Assembly (NCBI RefSeq): GCF_006345805.1
Contig: NC_043015.1
Location: 35,402,001 to 35,466,000, forward strand
DNA: 64,000 bases
Reading direction: 5' to 3'
Source: Octopus sinensis
Taxonomy: Eukaryota
Shown here: positions 12,201 through 25,955 of the stretch, one piece after another
Numbering within the stretch: position 1 is the first letter of the stretch
How the letters are laid out: each line of letters opens with the position of its first letter
Position numbers and translations under genes: made by a program
The notes under the pieces: generated by a model
Database searches by the model: none
Told to the model about the DNA's origin: nothing
The model's input: only the letters and a program-made list of their open reading frames with translations

Positions 12201-12679
12201 AAATAAAATTAACATGTAAGGAGTTAAGCATGATAAATATAGGAGGTGCAAAATGAATGAGAGATTGATAATTATAAGAATGAAAATGTGAACTTTTAAA
12301 ATGGCAAATCACATAAATTGTCTAAAAATCACTAATACATATATAAAATAAGATATAACATTAGATATTAATGTAAAGAAGAACATAAATAAGATAGGAT
12401 CCCCAAAATAGGATGGTCTTCCATCTACGGCTGTTTCAGGGGTACATTACTGGTCATGGTTAAAAATTAAATACTCTATATATGTCCCCACCACCAGGAT
12501 GATGTACCCCTTGGTAAATTTCATCACATATATATGGGCTAATAATTCTGCCAGCTTACTGCCTGAACAATAACAATCCTGAAATTTTATGGAACAGGGT
12601 AAGTTGATTACTTTAACTCCAGTACAATTTGAGAGATGAGGAATTATGTACATTATTTACATTTGACAGACATTTGTCC

Positions 12680-13460
12680 TCATCTTGTTTGTTGTTAACA
12701 CAATGTTTCGGCTGATGTACTCTTGACCTAGGGGAATTTCAAACCTGGGTTCTCATTCCTAAGGTATTTTTTTGATGTTATTATTATTATTATTATTATT
12801 CAAGTCACTGCCAATATGTCTTAACCAATATGTCATATACCCATGGGCCATTATGGAGTGAATTTTAGAGCTTATAAATCTAATATTTTCCTATCCTTCC
12901 TTAATACCGGTTCCCATATGCTACTCATATCTGCACTAGGTCTACTTAGGAGGTTATGCAGTAGCGTATGTGCTGCCTCTTTTAGTTTTCGTGTTTTCCA
13001 GTGGTGTTCTCTGTTATTCTAACTTCATCCCACAGGGGAGGTGGTCTCCATTTTTCCATACATGATCAGCTATACCCATTTTATCAATATCTCCTCATGT
13101 CACAGCTTTGCGATGATCCTCTACCCTTATTTTGAGGGTAAAATAATACAACACTTCTCAAGAGTAATACAACACTTTGCAAATATCTCCAAGTAAGAGA
13201 ATATGACCAAAGACTGCATCTACTCCATCCCATGCAGCTGTTGTAGGTTATACAAAGGTAAAATATGCCACCCCCTCAAAACAAGTGTAGAGGAACATCA
13301 CAAAGCTGTGACATGAGGAGATATTGATAAATCAGGTATAGCTGATAATGTCTGGAAAAATAGATGATGTATGGAATAATACAAACTACTAACAATAAAA
13401 CAGAAATACAGGGGAAAAGATATTGAAGAATTTAGTTAGATAAGGGAGAGCAGGGACACA
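12680..13460. mobile_element. Penelope-like element fragments (GIY-YIG C-terminal part) in inverted arrangement
   Basis: Plus 13210-13365 reads DCIYSIPCSC..YKG..VEEHHKAV..GIADNVWK. Minus 12890-13138 reads EDHRKAV..GIADHVWKNGDH..KLKEAAH..LLSRPSADMSSIWEP. Confidence 0.75.
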
Positions 13461-14107
13461 GCCATGAACTTTGTGGGTCATTCCAAGTGTGAGATCTATG
13501 TGCTTGACTTTGGATATCTAGAGGTTAACATTTGGAGGAAAACATCTGTATAAAATTTGGACAAGGCACCTCTTAAAGATTCTTCACAGTTACAAGGCCT
13601 GCTAAAAATAGCAGCTGCATCTCACTCAAGTCATACCCTACTATCTTTAAAAGAAAAATGGAATTGCACAATGTGTAATGTAGTCCTACATATACTAAAA
13701 GGAAATTACTGTTATTTAAAAGAATAATATGGCCATAGCTGGAATGTCTGCTCAGAGTCAATGTGAGAGTCTGATTCAAGAAAAAAAGCCTGAGTCAATA
13801 GGATGTTATAGTTACTATCGAATCTCAAGAAATATCAGCTCATACACCATCAAATCACAATATTTTCATTATCTTAAAAAGAAGGAAAGACACGTTTGAT
13901 AATGTTGTTGTAGATAATTTATATCTAGAGGGAGAAAATGCTTATGATCATCACACCTGTAAAATGCTTGATCAAAGATGATCTCTAACTAAACAATGAC
14001 AACAACAACACATGCACAATAACAACATTAAAATAACAAATTCAGACAATGCACACACACAAAATAGAAAAGGCAGAGAGGATTTAAAAACAGGCAAAAT
14101 ACTTTAC

Positions 14108-14419
14108 CAGAGTTTTTGATTACAGGCTCAAAGACAGATATAGTATCATCTGAGAGATAATAACTGATTATGAAGTTTCTGTTTTTATCAGCATCAACAA
14201 CAGGTGTTTTCAGTTTGGCCAGGAACCGTAGAATATTGCTGTTGAACCCGGATCTGTCATACTTCATGAATTTAAGGAAATCTTTCTGTGGGACTTTTGG
14301 AATGATAGATCGACAATTACTAAGGGAGTCTTCTTCACTTCCAAAACCATTGTAAGGTGGTAGAGCCATTTTTAAGGGTGCATTGACTTTCATCTCGTGT
14401 TTAATTGGTGTCAAATTTT
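14108..14419 (-). CDS. EFHC2: EFHC2 coding exon 7 (ENLTPIKH...PPYNGFGSEEDSL...SNILRF...ISYYLSDDTISVFEP...NSG), DM10 domain 3
   Basis: Overlaps ORF 14028..14414; cacag acceptor, gtaaag donor, 312 nt, phase 1 to 1. Contains the hallmark PPYNGFGSEEDSL motif. Confidence 0.96.
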
Positions 14420-14779
14420 CTGTGAATATTGATGTTTTTTGTAATGAGAAGGAAAGTGAAGGTACACAACGTAGGTAGGGTAGAGAAAGAAAACAATATT
14501 ATTAGTTTAAATGAAAAGATGAAGTGGTAGTGAAGTATTAGACTATCTGGTTAAAATCTGTGACTTCTGATCCACAAAGTACTTAACTTAACATTGTCTT
14601 TGCTCACTTAACTGTCTTGTAGAACAGATACCTGATAGTCTGGTCAATATTAACTGTCTTATTTTAATGCCTAATACATAGGATAAAATTTTTAGATTTA
14701 CTCTTCACAAGAGATTATTAGGTCATCAATTACGAAATTTCTAGAAAAGAGAATAAGTTTGCTAATGTTTTATAAACAT

Positions 14780-15620
14780 AAGGAATAGTTTTATTCATCC
14801 AATTATGCACCCATATTGTCAATACAATTTTGCCATTTCAGAAGTAGCTTGTTTAACCTGAAAAGCCTGACAATCTAGAGTTAATAAAATCTTAGAAAGC
14901 CTGTTTTACAGCATTGTCGGAATTAATTATTTTCATATCACAAAGAAGTGGTAGTCAATGGGGGCAAGATCAGGTGAGTATGGTGGATGATGCAGAACTC
15001 CTGTAGTTTTGCCAATGACATTTTTGCAATGTGTGGTCTGGTGTTGTCTTGCAATAAAATAGGAGTAGATCTGTTGACTAATCTGGGCTGTTTTTATTTT
15101 GTATGTTTCTGCATCATTTGGTCCAGTTATCTGCAGTATACTTTGGCTGTGATTGATGAGCCAGGTTTAAGGAAATCATAAAAAATCACACCTGCACCAG
15201 ACCATCAGCTTTTTTTGAGGAATTTTGCTTTTTGGACTGTTTTGGTTGCATGTCTTTGTCCAACCATTGTGCTGAACGTTGACAGTTGTTGTATAGGATC
15301 CATTTCTCTTCACGTTACAATTCAATTCAAAAACGATTCATCTTTTTGTGACAAGAAAGTAGCATAATGCAGGCTTCCAAACATTGCCGTTTCTGATTTT
15401 CACTGATTTCATGTTGAACCCACCTATCCTACTGTTTCACTTTATCTATTTGAATTAGGTGAATAAATATTGTTCGCTTACTAACACAAAACAACAATAA
15501 TTCACATGCACTTTAAGATGGATCTGACTTGATGGTGGCTTTCAGTTTGTCCATATCCACCTTTGTTTTTGTTTGACCACATTGCTCATTTGTGAGGTCG
15601 AAGTTACTAGAATGAAATTT
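14780..15620 (-). mobile_element. Mariner transposase remnant
   Basis: Minus strand HPPYSPDLAPIDYHFF at 14941-14990 and EEKWILYNN near 15300. Confidence 0.8.
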
Positions 15621-16109
15621 TGCAAACTGATTTGATACTGTCTGCTGTCTAATAACATTAGAATGACAAACTCCATTAATATTCCAAGAAAGTACTTATA
15701 TTTCGAAACTATATGAATTTCCGACTTATCCACCTTTAAACAAAAACAACAAAAAATGATTTATAAATACTTTGTAAAGTGCAAAATGAGTTAGAATAAA
15801 GAAATAGATGTGTCAGCTTTCTAACCAAAAATAAAGGTTGTCAAAATATAATAATGGCACAAAATGAGCAGCTGTCAAAGCTTACCATGTACCTTACTAC
15901 AAATTTCATACTTGACGACCTAATAGCTCCTATCTGCTTCATGCATTGTGTTGTTGCTTTACCCAGAACATCTTAATCTATCTTTGGCTAAGTTCCTCAA
16001 GTGAATAAACTGGAGAATGAAAAACTGAAGAAATCTCCGTGTGAATACTTGATCTTAACCTGCTACAAATAACAACCAAATTCTTGGAACTCATATAATA
16101 TCATTTTAA

Positions 16110-16330
16110 CCCTTTAGCATTTAAACCGGCCATATCCGGCCAAAAGTATTCTGCTTGTTTTATGTTCAAATTGGCCAGATCTGGTCTCTCACACAAACCC
16201 TACAATATTGTTTTAAAAATTAACAGCTACCTCATCAAAATCTCATGACTACAAGATAATGCAGGATTAGTTCAAAACAAAGTGGATGAAAAAGCATTAA
16301 TCTTGGCAGAATAATGTGAACACTAAAGGG
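16110..16330. mobile_element. piggyBac-type MITE (221 bp) with TTAA target-site duplication
   Basis: TTAA|CCCTTTAGCATTTA ... TGAACACTAAAGGG|TTAA: imperfect TIRs and TTAA on both sides. Confidence 0.75.
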
Positions 16331-16439
16331 TTAATAAATAGGGAGGATACAATGAATAATGTGGTCCTAAATAATTAAGAAAAACAGTGAGGTAATAGTG
16401 GAATGCTAGCTCGATCAGAGATAAAGTAAAGGAATAGAA

Positions 16440-17710
16440 GGGGGTACCCCAAAATAACTAGAAACATTTTCTGTGGAGCCTATTCAGGCTTCCACAGCTA
16501 GAAGCCACTTGATGTGGCCCTTAGACATCAGCCTGTTAACTGGTAGCATCCCATGAGGTCATACTGTCATGCAATGTGACTGTTTTGCAGTGCTTCTCCT
16601 CTGTTCATCGATTTTTGTGATGGCTGAAATGAAGGAACACTGTGCTTCCATATTATATTTTCTGCTGAGGAAAACAGCAGCCAAAACAGTTATGTTTCAA
16701 ACAGCTTACAAGGACACTGCTATGAGCAAAACACAGGTTTAAGAATGGTTTTCATGCTTGGTCACTTGTCACTTGAAGACCAACTGTGTTCACAGGGTGA
16801 CTGTCGACCTCCTAAACGAATGAAAACATGAAAATTCATGAACTGATATTGGACAACCATCACCAAACAGTCAATGAAGTTGTTTGATATGACTGGGGTG
16901 TTATGGAGCTTTGCCAAAATATTTTTTAGCTAGGAATTATTAATGAAAAGGGTTGCAACAAAATTTGTGCTTCATTTGCTCAAGGAAGATCAAAAGCAAA
17001 TGAAACTGAATGCATGTCATGAAATGAAAGAACAATTGGAAGTTGATCTGGACCTTTACTTAGAGGTCTTCACTGGTGACGAAAGGTGGTGTTATGGCTA
17101 CAACCTGAAAATGAGGCAGCAATCAAGCCAATATAAGCATTCAATGCCTGGAAACCCCAACAAAGTGTGTCAAGTGAAGTCCAATGTGAAGATGATACTG
17201 ATTTGTTTTATGAATGCAAAAGGAATTGTCCACACAAAATTTGTCCCACCTGATCAAACTGTTAACCAGACATTTTACTGTGCAGTTATGAAACATCTAC
17301 TAGGAGCAGTGAGACAAAAATGCCCTGATCTGTGGAAAAGTGGTGAGTGGTGGTTTCATCATGACAATGTGGCTGTGAACACTGCCTTGAGTGCGAGACA
17401 GTTTTTGACTAAAAATGACATGACCCTGCTTACCCAGCAGCCTCCCTTTCCATCCGATCTTGCTCTCTGCAACATTTTTTATTCCCCTAAGTGAAAAAAG
17501 TCCTCAAAGGAAAATGTTTTGCAGATGTGGAAGGGGTGAAGGAAAAAAATGACAGAGGCGTTAAAAGGCATCACTTTGCAAGAGTGGAAAACATCTGAAC
17601 TGATGCATAGCTTCAAATAGAGAAAACTTTGGAGGTGATGAAAGTGTAAACATTTAAAACTAAGAAAATAAAATAATATTGCAAAATTCTGGCTTCTTTT
17701 GGAGAATAAC
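16440..17710 (+). mobile_element. Mariner transposon, degenerate
   Basis: ORF 16943..17494 contains TGDERW, HHDN and PPFPSDLA (D,D34D catalytic motifs, decayed). Element ends are approximate. Confidence 0.85.
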
Positions 17711-18593
17711 TGGAGAATGTTACTTCTCATAGACTGTATTTTTATCCAGTGGAATAAGACAATAGAGTAGCTCTTTGAAGTTGGAATTGTTCTTTAATGC
17801 ATAAATGATGTTAAACAATCAAAATTCTAGTGAAATATCAAGGTAACAATGTACTGTTTGGTCCAGGAATTGAATGCAGGAGTTAATGATCAAAAACCCA
17901 AATGCATACATGTATGCATTATGCATGATTGAGCATTCTGTGTGTTAACACCTTTGAATCTTCCATGCGGTATACACCTCACTTGGATAGTTACCAATTC
18001 TGAGACATGTGTCTATCTTTTGTTTAGATAAAACAAATTTAACTTAGTAACATAAGGATAGTTTTATTGTATATCACCATTTGATGTATACTCTCCATGT
18101 TGGTATGGTTGTTAACATGAAAATTAAAAAATCAAAATATATTTTCATAGAACACATGTTTTTGTATTATAGTTCCAGTGTATACATTTTTGTGTGAGTG
18201 TGTTGCATCGAGAAGATGTCTTGTGAAAGAAGTCATATTTATCTTAGTGGTTTGAGCTGTTGTTCAGTCTATCAAAGTTGGTTAAGGATCATGTGTGTAA
18301 TTAAAGGTGTGTATGTATATATATTTTTCTCTCTCTCTCTCTAAATATATATACTGTATAATAATATATAATAATGTTTTATTCTCCAATTTGAAGCAAC
18401 AATTTTTTAATACAAATGACTGGAAAATGATTTGGTAACCCAAGACAGGATGTAACTCACAAATCAACGCTAACACAGCTTCTTGCACATCTGATTATGA
18501 TATATTATTATACTATGTGCCTTCCATAGTTTTTTTCTCTCTATAACTTACCAAGCCTTTCAGATTTGTTTACAAATATTATATATATATGTG

Positions 18594-18625
<32 letters not shown>

Positions 18626-18626
18626 T

Positions 18627-18923
18627 CATCATCATCATCATCATCGTTTAGCGTCCGTTTTCCATGCTAGCATGGGTTGGACGGTTCTACTGGGGTCTGT
18701 GAAGCCAGAAGGCTTCATCAGGCCCAGTCAAATCTGGCAGTGTTTCTACGGCTGGATGCCCTTATATATATATATTATATATATATCATCATCATCATCA
18801 TCATCGTTTAGCGTCCGTTTTCCATGCTAGCATGGGTTGGACGGTTCTACTGGGGTCTGTGAAGCCAGAAGGCTTCATCAGGCCCAGTCAAATCTGGCAG
18901 TGTTTCTACGGCTGGATGCCCTT
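18627..18923 (-). repeat. Exact tandem duplication (period 160 bp) of an RTE 3'-tail fragment
   Basis: 18627-18763 equals 18787-18923; the copies are separated and flanked by TA-rich runs. Confidence 0.9.
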
Positions 18924-19059
18924 ATATATATATAATTATATATATAAACATATACGTATATACATACTAATGCACACATGAGAGTTTGTCAGATCTAGCT
19001 AAATCCCACTTTTATTTAAATTTCAAGACATTTGACACAGACAAAAGTAATTTACTTAC

Positions 19060-19198
19060 CAATTCCATAATTGGCTTTGTAATATTCCTTTGTGAAGCTA
19101 TCACAATCACAAATTAGGAACGGTCGGCCATAGACATTGATAATATTTCCAAGACGAAGATCAGAGGCATGGTAGTAAGACATATCAGGCTCACCTGT
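19060..19198 (-). CDS. EFHC2: EFHC2 coding exon 6 (TGEPDMSYYHASDLRLGNIINVYGRPFLICDCDSFTKEYYKANYGI)
   Basis: Read manually. tccag acceptor, gtaagt donor, 139 nt, phase 0 to 1. Carries the DM10 C-terminal motif INVxGR...CDxFTK. Confidence 0.93.
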
Positions 19199-20764
19199 CT
19201 GGACAATGAAATCAGTCATCAGAAATTACATTAGAAAGGAAATACATCACTTACTAGACAACATGGAAAAAGTGAAAGATAATGTATTTCTGACTAAAAA
19301 TAATGTATTTCTAACTAGCACTGGAAAAGAAAGAGAATCCAGGTTGGAACTAAACAGCAACAACAACAGCAAAAACAATAACATATAAACTGGAGCCATT
19401 GAAGAACCCTGTATATGATCACTTGAAATTTTAGAAATAGCAGCCTCGCACCAGTTTAAACAAGTAAGGACATCATCATTGTGAACATAATTTCTTAAAC
19501 AACCACATTCCTATGTTTGCCTGGGAGATAAGGAATTTGCTGAGGCAAATTTTCTACAGTTAGATGCCTTTATCATTGACAACCATCACCTGGTTCCCAG
19601 TAATGTAATACTTATCTTTTGGCAGATATGTTTGCAAGGAAGACTGGAAGTGAACGAGACTACTTGTATGGTGGTGATATTTACTAACAACTATTATGCA
19701 GTGTCAAGACATAGAGACCCAAATACACACACATACATAAATGTGTGTGTGTGAGTACAACTGGTTTCTTTTAGTTTCTGTATGTCAAATCCTGTTACAA
19801 GGGTTTGGTCAACTCAAAGCTATAGTGGAAGATATCTATGGTACCACACAGTGGGTTGGGGTCGGAATGTGAAATTCTTGACCATACATTGTCTGCAAAT
19901 AAGATCGGAAGACTATAACAGGAAATGCTTTCCATGTAGTTCTACTCACTTTGGGTTTATATGGCACTAAACACCAACAACATATTCGAAGCCATTCATG
20001 GATTATTGTTCACCAGATTTCTGTAGAAGGAAAGCTCATGTCCAGCTTGCAGTATTGGGTAATTTTTTCTATAGAAAGCCTGCAGAAATTCTCCACTCTG
20101 CACACCACTGTGTTCACGGATGAATTCAATGTGTTGAAAACCCAAACAAATACTACAGGGTATTTGGTCAAACATTTTAGCAATTCTAGTGATCAACCAA
20201 CCATTCTATTGACCCCAAAATGACAAATGGCAAATTTGACAGGATTTGAAGTCAGTATGTAAAGAATTACGATGACAATGACAACAACACTACAGCTTTT
20301 CTCTCTTTATTTGTACAGCTGTCATGTTGTTTCTTTTCTGTCATTTCCACTATTATCTAATGACTACTGCTTCTTTAAAGTATCAAACATTCACAAAATA
20401 TAGGGGCATGTATATACAAAAAAGGATGCATCAATGGGATTTCAGTGAATAGGGTTAGCTTTAGTTGTCTTCGTTTTTAGTTTAGCTTTGATCATGCAGA
20501 CCTATAATCCAAAACAATCCGACTGTGATCATCCCATCTGTTTCTTATGTATAGTAAATCCTTGACCACGTTATCTACTGTGTCCATTTTCAAGGAAATG
20601 CGGACGGAGGGGAATTTGGAAGAGCTTGGCTGCTGTTTCTAGCAGGTCAGACAGCCATATAGAGGCTACTTCATTAGTCCACATTGATGGTACAATAATG
20701 TGTTCAATCAATTGCCAAACAATTGTTAAGAAACAAAACTGTAATGTCAGAGGTGCAGGAACCT

Positions 20765-21355
20765 AGTTTCAATGTGGATCGACTACAAGAAAGCCTTTGA
20801 TTCTGTCCCCCATGCGTTGATGTTAGAAGCTAAAGTTCCAGCAAGCATAGTTGAAGGTATAGCCGACTTGATTTCATCATGGGTCACTGTCTTGAAGTCA
20901 AATACAAAGAGTGATTGCATTATCATTGGTAGAATACAGTATTGCAGAGGCATATTCGAAGGGGATAGCCTCTCTGTGATGTTGTTTATACTTTCTGTAA
21001 ACTCTTTAAGGAAGTCTGAAGGATATCTCACTAGTTTACAAGGAAACAGAAATACCAAAATAGCACTCTGTTCCTTCATATACTAAACAGCACATAAAAT
21101 TTCCACATCAGCACTGACAGACTGTTTCTACCTAAAATGAAAACAAAGGAGCAGAGGCTTAATATTGATGATGCAAACTGCCTTTGAATATTGTACCATA
21201 TCCCTTCAGAAAAATATTTTAACCACCAAGTGTCAAAGTGCATCCCTTGACCAAGTTTGCATATATGAAGCTGATAACATCATAAGACTTGGAAAGTATC
21301 TCCTTGAGCAGCATGTCTTGTCTGATAGCCTTAAATACATGCCTAAAGAACTTGT
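20765..21355 (+). mobile_element. R4/Dong-like LINE, 5' part of a copy interrupted by the CR1 element
   Basis: ORF 20772..21086 contains WIDYKKAFDSVPH and RGIFEGDSLS..LFILS. Confidence 0.75.
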
Positions 21356-21359
21356 ATGA

Positions 21360-24330
21360 CTCTACTGCAACATATCACCAGATGAAACTAACCAAGAACA
21401 ATCAGCCATCCCCTGTATATCATCATCTGACATCCAGATATAAACTGCTGTCCTTGAATGCCCGTAGTTTATGTAACAAGGTGCATCTTTTTGTCTCCTA
21501 CGTCAAAAGTATCAACCCAGATTTCATCACAGTCACAGAAACGTGGGCACACTCTGCACTCTGTGATGGAGTTTTCAGCATAGCCGGCTACAACCTGTTC
21601 CGCAAAGACCGCATTAATCGCCGTGGAGGGGGTGTGATGATTTATGTTCGATCAAGTCTATCGGCAATCCCCTGTGATGATTTGAACCAATCTCAGCAGG
21701 AGGTATTTTTCTGCAATGTACACATGACCATGCCAACACTTCTGCTCGGAGTCGTTTACCGTCCTCCAAATTATCGCCAAGACGCACAGCTTTTTGATAT
21801 CCTCAGGGCGGCTGCCATGAAAACAGCCACATATGTGTATGTTGCGGGGACTTCAATTTCCCTGAGATTGACTGGGAGGCCTTCCGTCGGCCGCAAAGTG
21901 CAGATGATTTCCTTGAACTGGTGCTGAATTCAAATTGGTCCCAAGTTGTTACCTCCCCCACAAGGGGTAACAACACTTTGGATCTGCTACTTACCGCTTC
22001 TCCTGAAACAATCATTAGTGTTGCTACTGAAGAACCTTTGGGTGACTCTGATCATTCCATGATCATGGCTGACTTGTCTCTGATTGGTTGTAACAAAAAA
22101 CACAACCATCTTCAGATTGCCCGCTTTGACTGGAATAAAGCAAACTGGAGCTCTTATTGTACTGAGCTGCAACGCCCAAACTGCCGCGAATTTTATGCCT
22201 CTGGAGATGTGGACACTATACTCCAGAACATTCTGAATTCAATATGGGCAGCATGTGCAGCATCAGTACCAATCAAGCACAAAAAACCACCCAATAGTGC
22301 AATTTGGGAGACTGCAGCAGTCCGACTTGCCAGGAAAGAACGCTGTAATGCTGAACGGGAATACAAATTGCACAAATCAGAGAGCAACAGGAAAAAGCGC
22401 AATAGGTCAGCCAACCACCTCAAGCAGGTGACAAAAAAGGCAGTGCTTGAATTTGAACAACACATTGCAGCTAACCCTGACAGCAAAGGGTTCTGGAAGT
22501 ATGTGCACTCAAAGCAGAGACCCCACTCTCCTGTTGGTCCCCTTCGCAATCCCCACACAGGACAGATTACTGGCAATCCCGAAGAATGTGCAGAAATCAT
22601 TGCTGGATGCTATGCTGGCATCTTTACTGTCGAAGACCAAAATGTTCCATCATCATCACCACTGACATCGGACTCTATATCTTCTATGCAATTTACACCA
22701 GCAATGCTGCAACGCCACCTAAAGAATAAACGCAATTATGCCTCTCCTGGTCTCGATGGTGTTACATACCTACTTCTCAAACGCGGTGGGTACTTTCTTC
22801 TAAGCCAACTTTCTCTATTCTTCCAATTCTGTCTTGACAATGGTGTTACTCCAGAACAGTGGAAAACTGCCAGTGTCATCCCTCTGTTCAAAAAAGGCGA
22901 CCGCACATTGCCTGTCAACTATCGCCCCGTCAGTCTTACCAGCTGCATCGCCAAACTGATGGAATCCTGTATCAGAGAAACCCTCTGGAACTTCCACAGC
23001 CTCATCCAGCCGTCACAATTCGGATTTATTCCTAACTCCAGCTGCTGTAATCAACTCATCGAGTTTCTTGAGGATGTTACCCAAATCACTGATCGCGGAT
23101 CCTGGGTGGATGTTGTTTACCTGGACTTTGCTAAGGCTTTTAACTCTGTGATACACAAAAGACTTATGGTGAAGCTTTCTGCGTTGGGTGTAAGAGACGA
23201 ACTCTATAACTGGTTAAAGTCCTTTATTTTCGGCCGAAAAGAGGTTGTCACAGTTCTAGGACAGCACTCTTCGCCCTATGAGATGACATCTGGTGTGCCG
23301 CAGGGATCTGTTCTTGGCCCCCTTTTATTTGTTGCATATGTTAATGACATAGATGCCAACTTAAAGAATGCCACAGTGCTGAAATATGCAGATGACATCA
23401 AGCTGTACCTCGAAATAAAGAGGTCAAACCCTATACACTATGGATCTCTATTGCAAGCAGACCTGGACACAATGCAGCAGTGGATCATGGACTGGCAACT
23501 CAAGCTGGCTGTGGACAAATGTACCAGCATGCATTTTGGGAGGAGAAACCCAGCGTCCACCTACTCCCTCCACAACACTAGTCTCAAAAAGTCTTCAAGT
23601 GAACGTGACCTGGGTGTTATTGTCGACAGTGATTTGCGTTGGACAAAACACATCGCTAAAATTGTCAAGAAGGCTGAGGGTGTCTTGGCATCACTCACCA
23701 AATCCTTTGTGAGCCGCTCTCCGGCTATCTATCTGCGGCTTTATATAGCTATGGTAAGACCTCACCTGGAATTTGCATCACCGGTCTGGAACCCCTATCT
23801 TGCCCAGGACATCAATCGTCTGGAAGCTGTTCAGCGACGTGCAACCAAAAGAATACCCTCCGTCAGGCATTTGCCATATCCTGAACGCCTTACTTCCCTG
23901 GGCATGGACACATTGAAACTCCGACGTCTGGCAGCTGACTTGGCAGACACCCATAAAATTATCAACCATCGCACAAACAATAACTCTGAGCACCTCTTCA
24001 AACTCCACCCATCTAACACCTGTGGACATATCTACAAAGTAAGAAAACAGCACAGCTCCCATGACTTCAGGAAACATTTTTTCACGCTGAGAGTTGCTGA
24101 AGCGTAGAACAAACTGCCGGCATCGGTTGTTAGTTGTCGGAGCACTGCATCCTTCAATGCTTCCTGAGATTCGCCAACACTACACTTGATTTTCTCCCCT
24201 CCATACACACACAAGAATGTTCACTTTCCAGACATTTCTACATTACTGCATGTACTTTATATGCACTTTCTGACAAGTTGTGGTGCACCTGAGCACTGTA
24301 TACAATAATTTCATTATTATTATTATTATG
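21360..24330 (+). mobile_element. Near-intact CR1-group LINE ORF2 (APE endonuclease + RT), 5'-truncated, (ATT)n tail
   Basis: APE motifs LNARSL, VTETW, RKDR..RGGGV, YRPP, GDFN, TLDL, SDH. RT motifs PGLDG, YRPVSL, QFGF, YLDFAKAF, GVPQGSVLGP, YADD. One 1-bp frameshift at about 21849 and a TAG at 24105 in the WNxLP motif. Confidence 0.95.
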
Positions 24331-25130
24331 AAAGGATGAGCATATATCAGCAGAAGAACATGCATGGATATGTTAGTAGAAAGCTGCAGGATGACAGTAA
24401 CATAGACAATCAAAGCAGTTTATCATAGAACAATTGGAATACTAAATCCCACTTTGAAGGGTTAGGGTTTTCAATTCAGGAACAAGAAACATCAACCAAG
24501 TAACTGATGCACAAAAGGGACAGAGATGCAGAAAAAGCAGCAAAATATGACAACTGATGCAGACTTTGTGGAGTTAACAACAAAGATATTACACACACTT
24601 TAAGAAGTTATCTGAAAATGTCATCACAGTATTATCTACTGATGAGACATGATGATGTAGCTAACACACCATATAAGAAGATCTGTTGAAAGGATAACCC
24701 CAAGGCCAAAGAAATAAGAGCTCACAGTATGGTAAAAGCCGTAGCCACTTGTAATAAAAAGGAGTACTGGGTGAATGTCCATGCAAAAACCTCAATAAAA
24801 TGTAAACATAATAGACCTGACAGTGATTTGGGATACAGAACAGAAACTGTGTACAGTTGTGGAAATCAGCTGCCCTGCAAATGTTAACCTATAACTAAAC
24901 ATCAGCATAAAAGAAAATACCTATACTGAGCTACTAAGAAATCTACAGTTACTCTCTCTGGATTAGAAGTTGAGGTTTATGTCTGTAATTACTGGAGCAC
25001 TGAGATATGTAGCACTGCCTAAGTCCCAGTCCTGAGAAATTAGGCTTCTCAAAACTATGAAAGAGAAAGCTGATTTGATAAATAAAAGATCCTATCCATC
25101 ACTGGAATTGTATAAATGTATAAATCTTTC
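24330..25130 (+). mobile_element. R4/Dong-like LINE, 3' part (zinc knuckle / restriction-like endonuclease region), degenerate
   Basis: Manual reading gives CRLCG..KDITH, MRHDDVA, KCKHNRPD and VEISCP. Confidence 0.65.
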
Positions 25131-25226
25131 CAGAAGTTTATCATTTAAGTATATATGAGCATGTCTAGACATGCAACTATATGCATGAGAAGACATGCAT
25201 AAAACAAAACATACAAATCTGCACAC

Positions 25227-25261
<35 letters not shown>

Positions 25262-25439
25262 CAGCTCACTTATGCATGCCTTTCTTTCCTTGGACACGCG
25301 AAGACCTGTTGAGGAAAGTGAAGTCGAAATTGAATTCGAAATCGAACCTCATCCGACGACTGGCTCCCATGTCAACCTCCCTTCATTGGACACTAAAGTC
25401 TGCTTGTGAAGACCTGTTGGGGTAAGTGAAATTGGAATC

Positions 25440-25955
25440 GAAATTGAACCAATCCTATGACTGGTACACAGCAGTTGCCAGTGCCGCTGGACTGACTCCT
25501 GTGCAGATGGCAAGTAAAGAAACACCGTTTCAACCTTGTGCTTGAGGAGACCTATTGAGTCAAGTACATCAACATCAAAATCAATGGAAATTGTAGTTGT
25601 GATCCCTGTGCCGGTGGCACGTAAAAAGCACCATCTGAACGTGGCCGATGCCAGGGCTACCTCGACTGGCTTCTGTGCTGGTGGCACATAAAAAGCACCA
25701 TCCGAATGTGGCCGATGCCAGCGCTGCCTTGATTAGCTTCTGTGCTGGTGGCACGTAAAAAGCACCAATCTGATCGTGGATGTAGCACCCACTACACTCA
25801 CGGAGTGGTTGGCATTAGGAAGGGCATCCAGCTGTAGATACACTGTCAGATCAGACTGGAGCCTGGTGCACACTTCTGGCTTCCCAGATCCTGACCGAAC
25901 CGTCCAACCCATGCTAGCATGGAAAACAGACGTTAAACAATGATGATGATGATGA
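25440..25955 (+). mobile_element. RTE 3'UTR/tail copy with internal ggtggcacgtaaaaagcacc repeats and (GAT)n tail
   Basis: Reverse-complement similarity to 3478-3930. Confidence 0.75.

Noticed and set aside
14028-14414. ORF-track starts and stops for EFHC2 segments (also 177..554, 8879..9181, 29775..30191, 32734..33021, 34069..34485) as independent small genes
   Set aside because: They are exons with intronic read-through; the splice sites join them into one frame.
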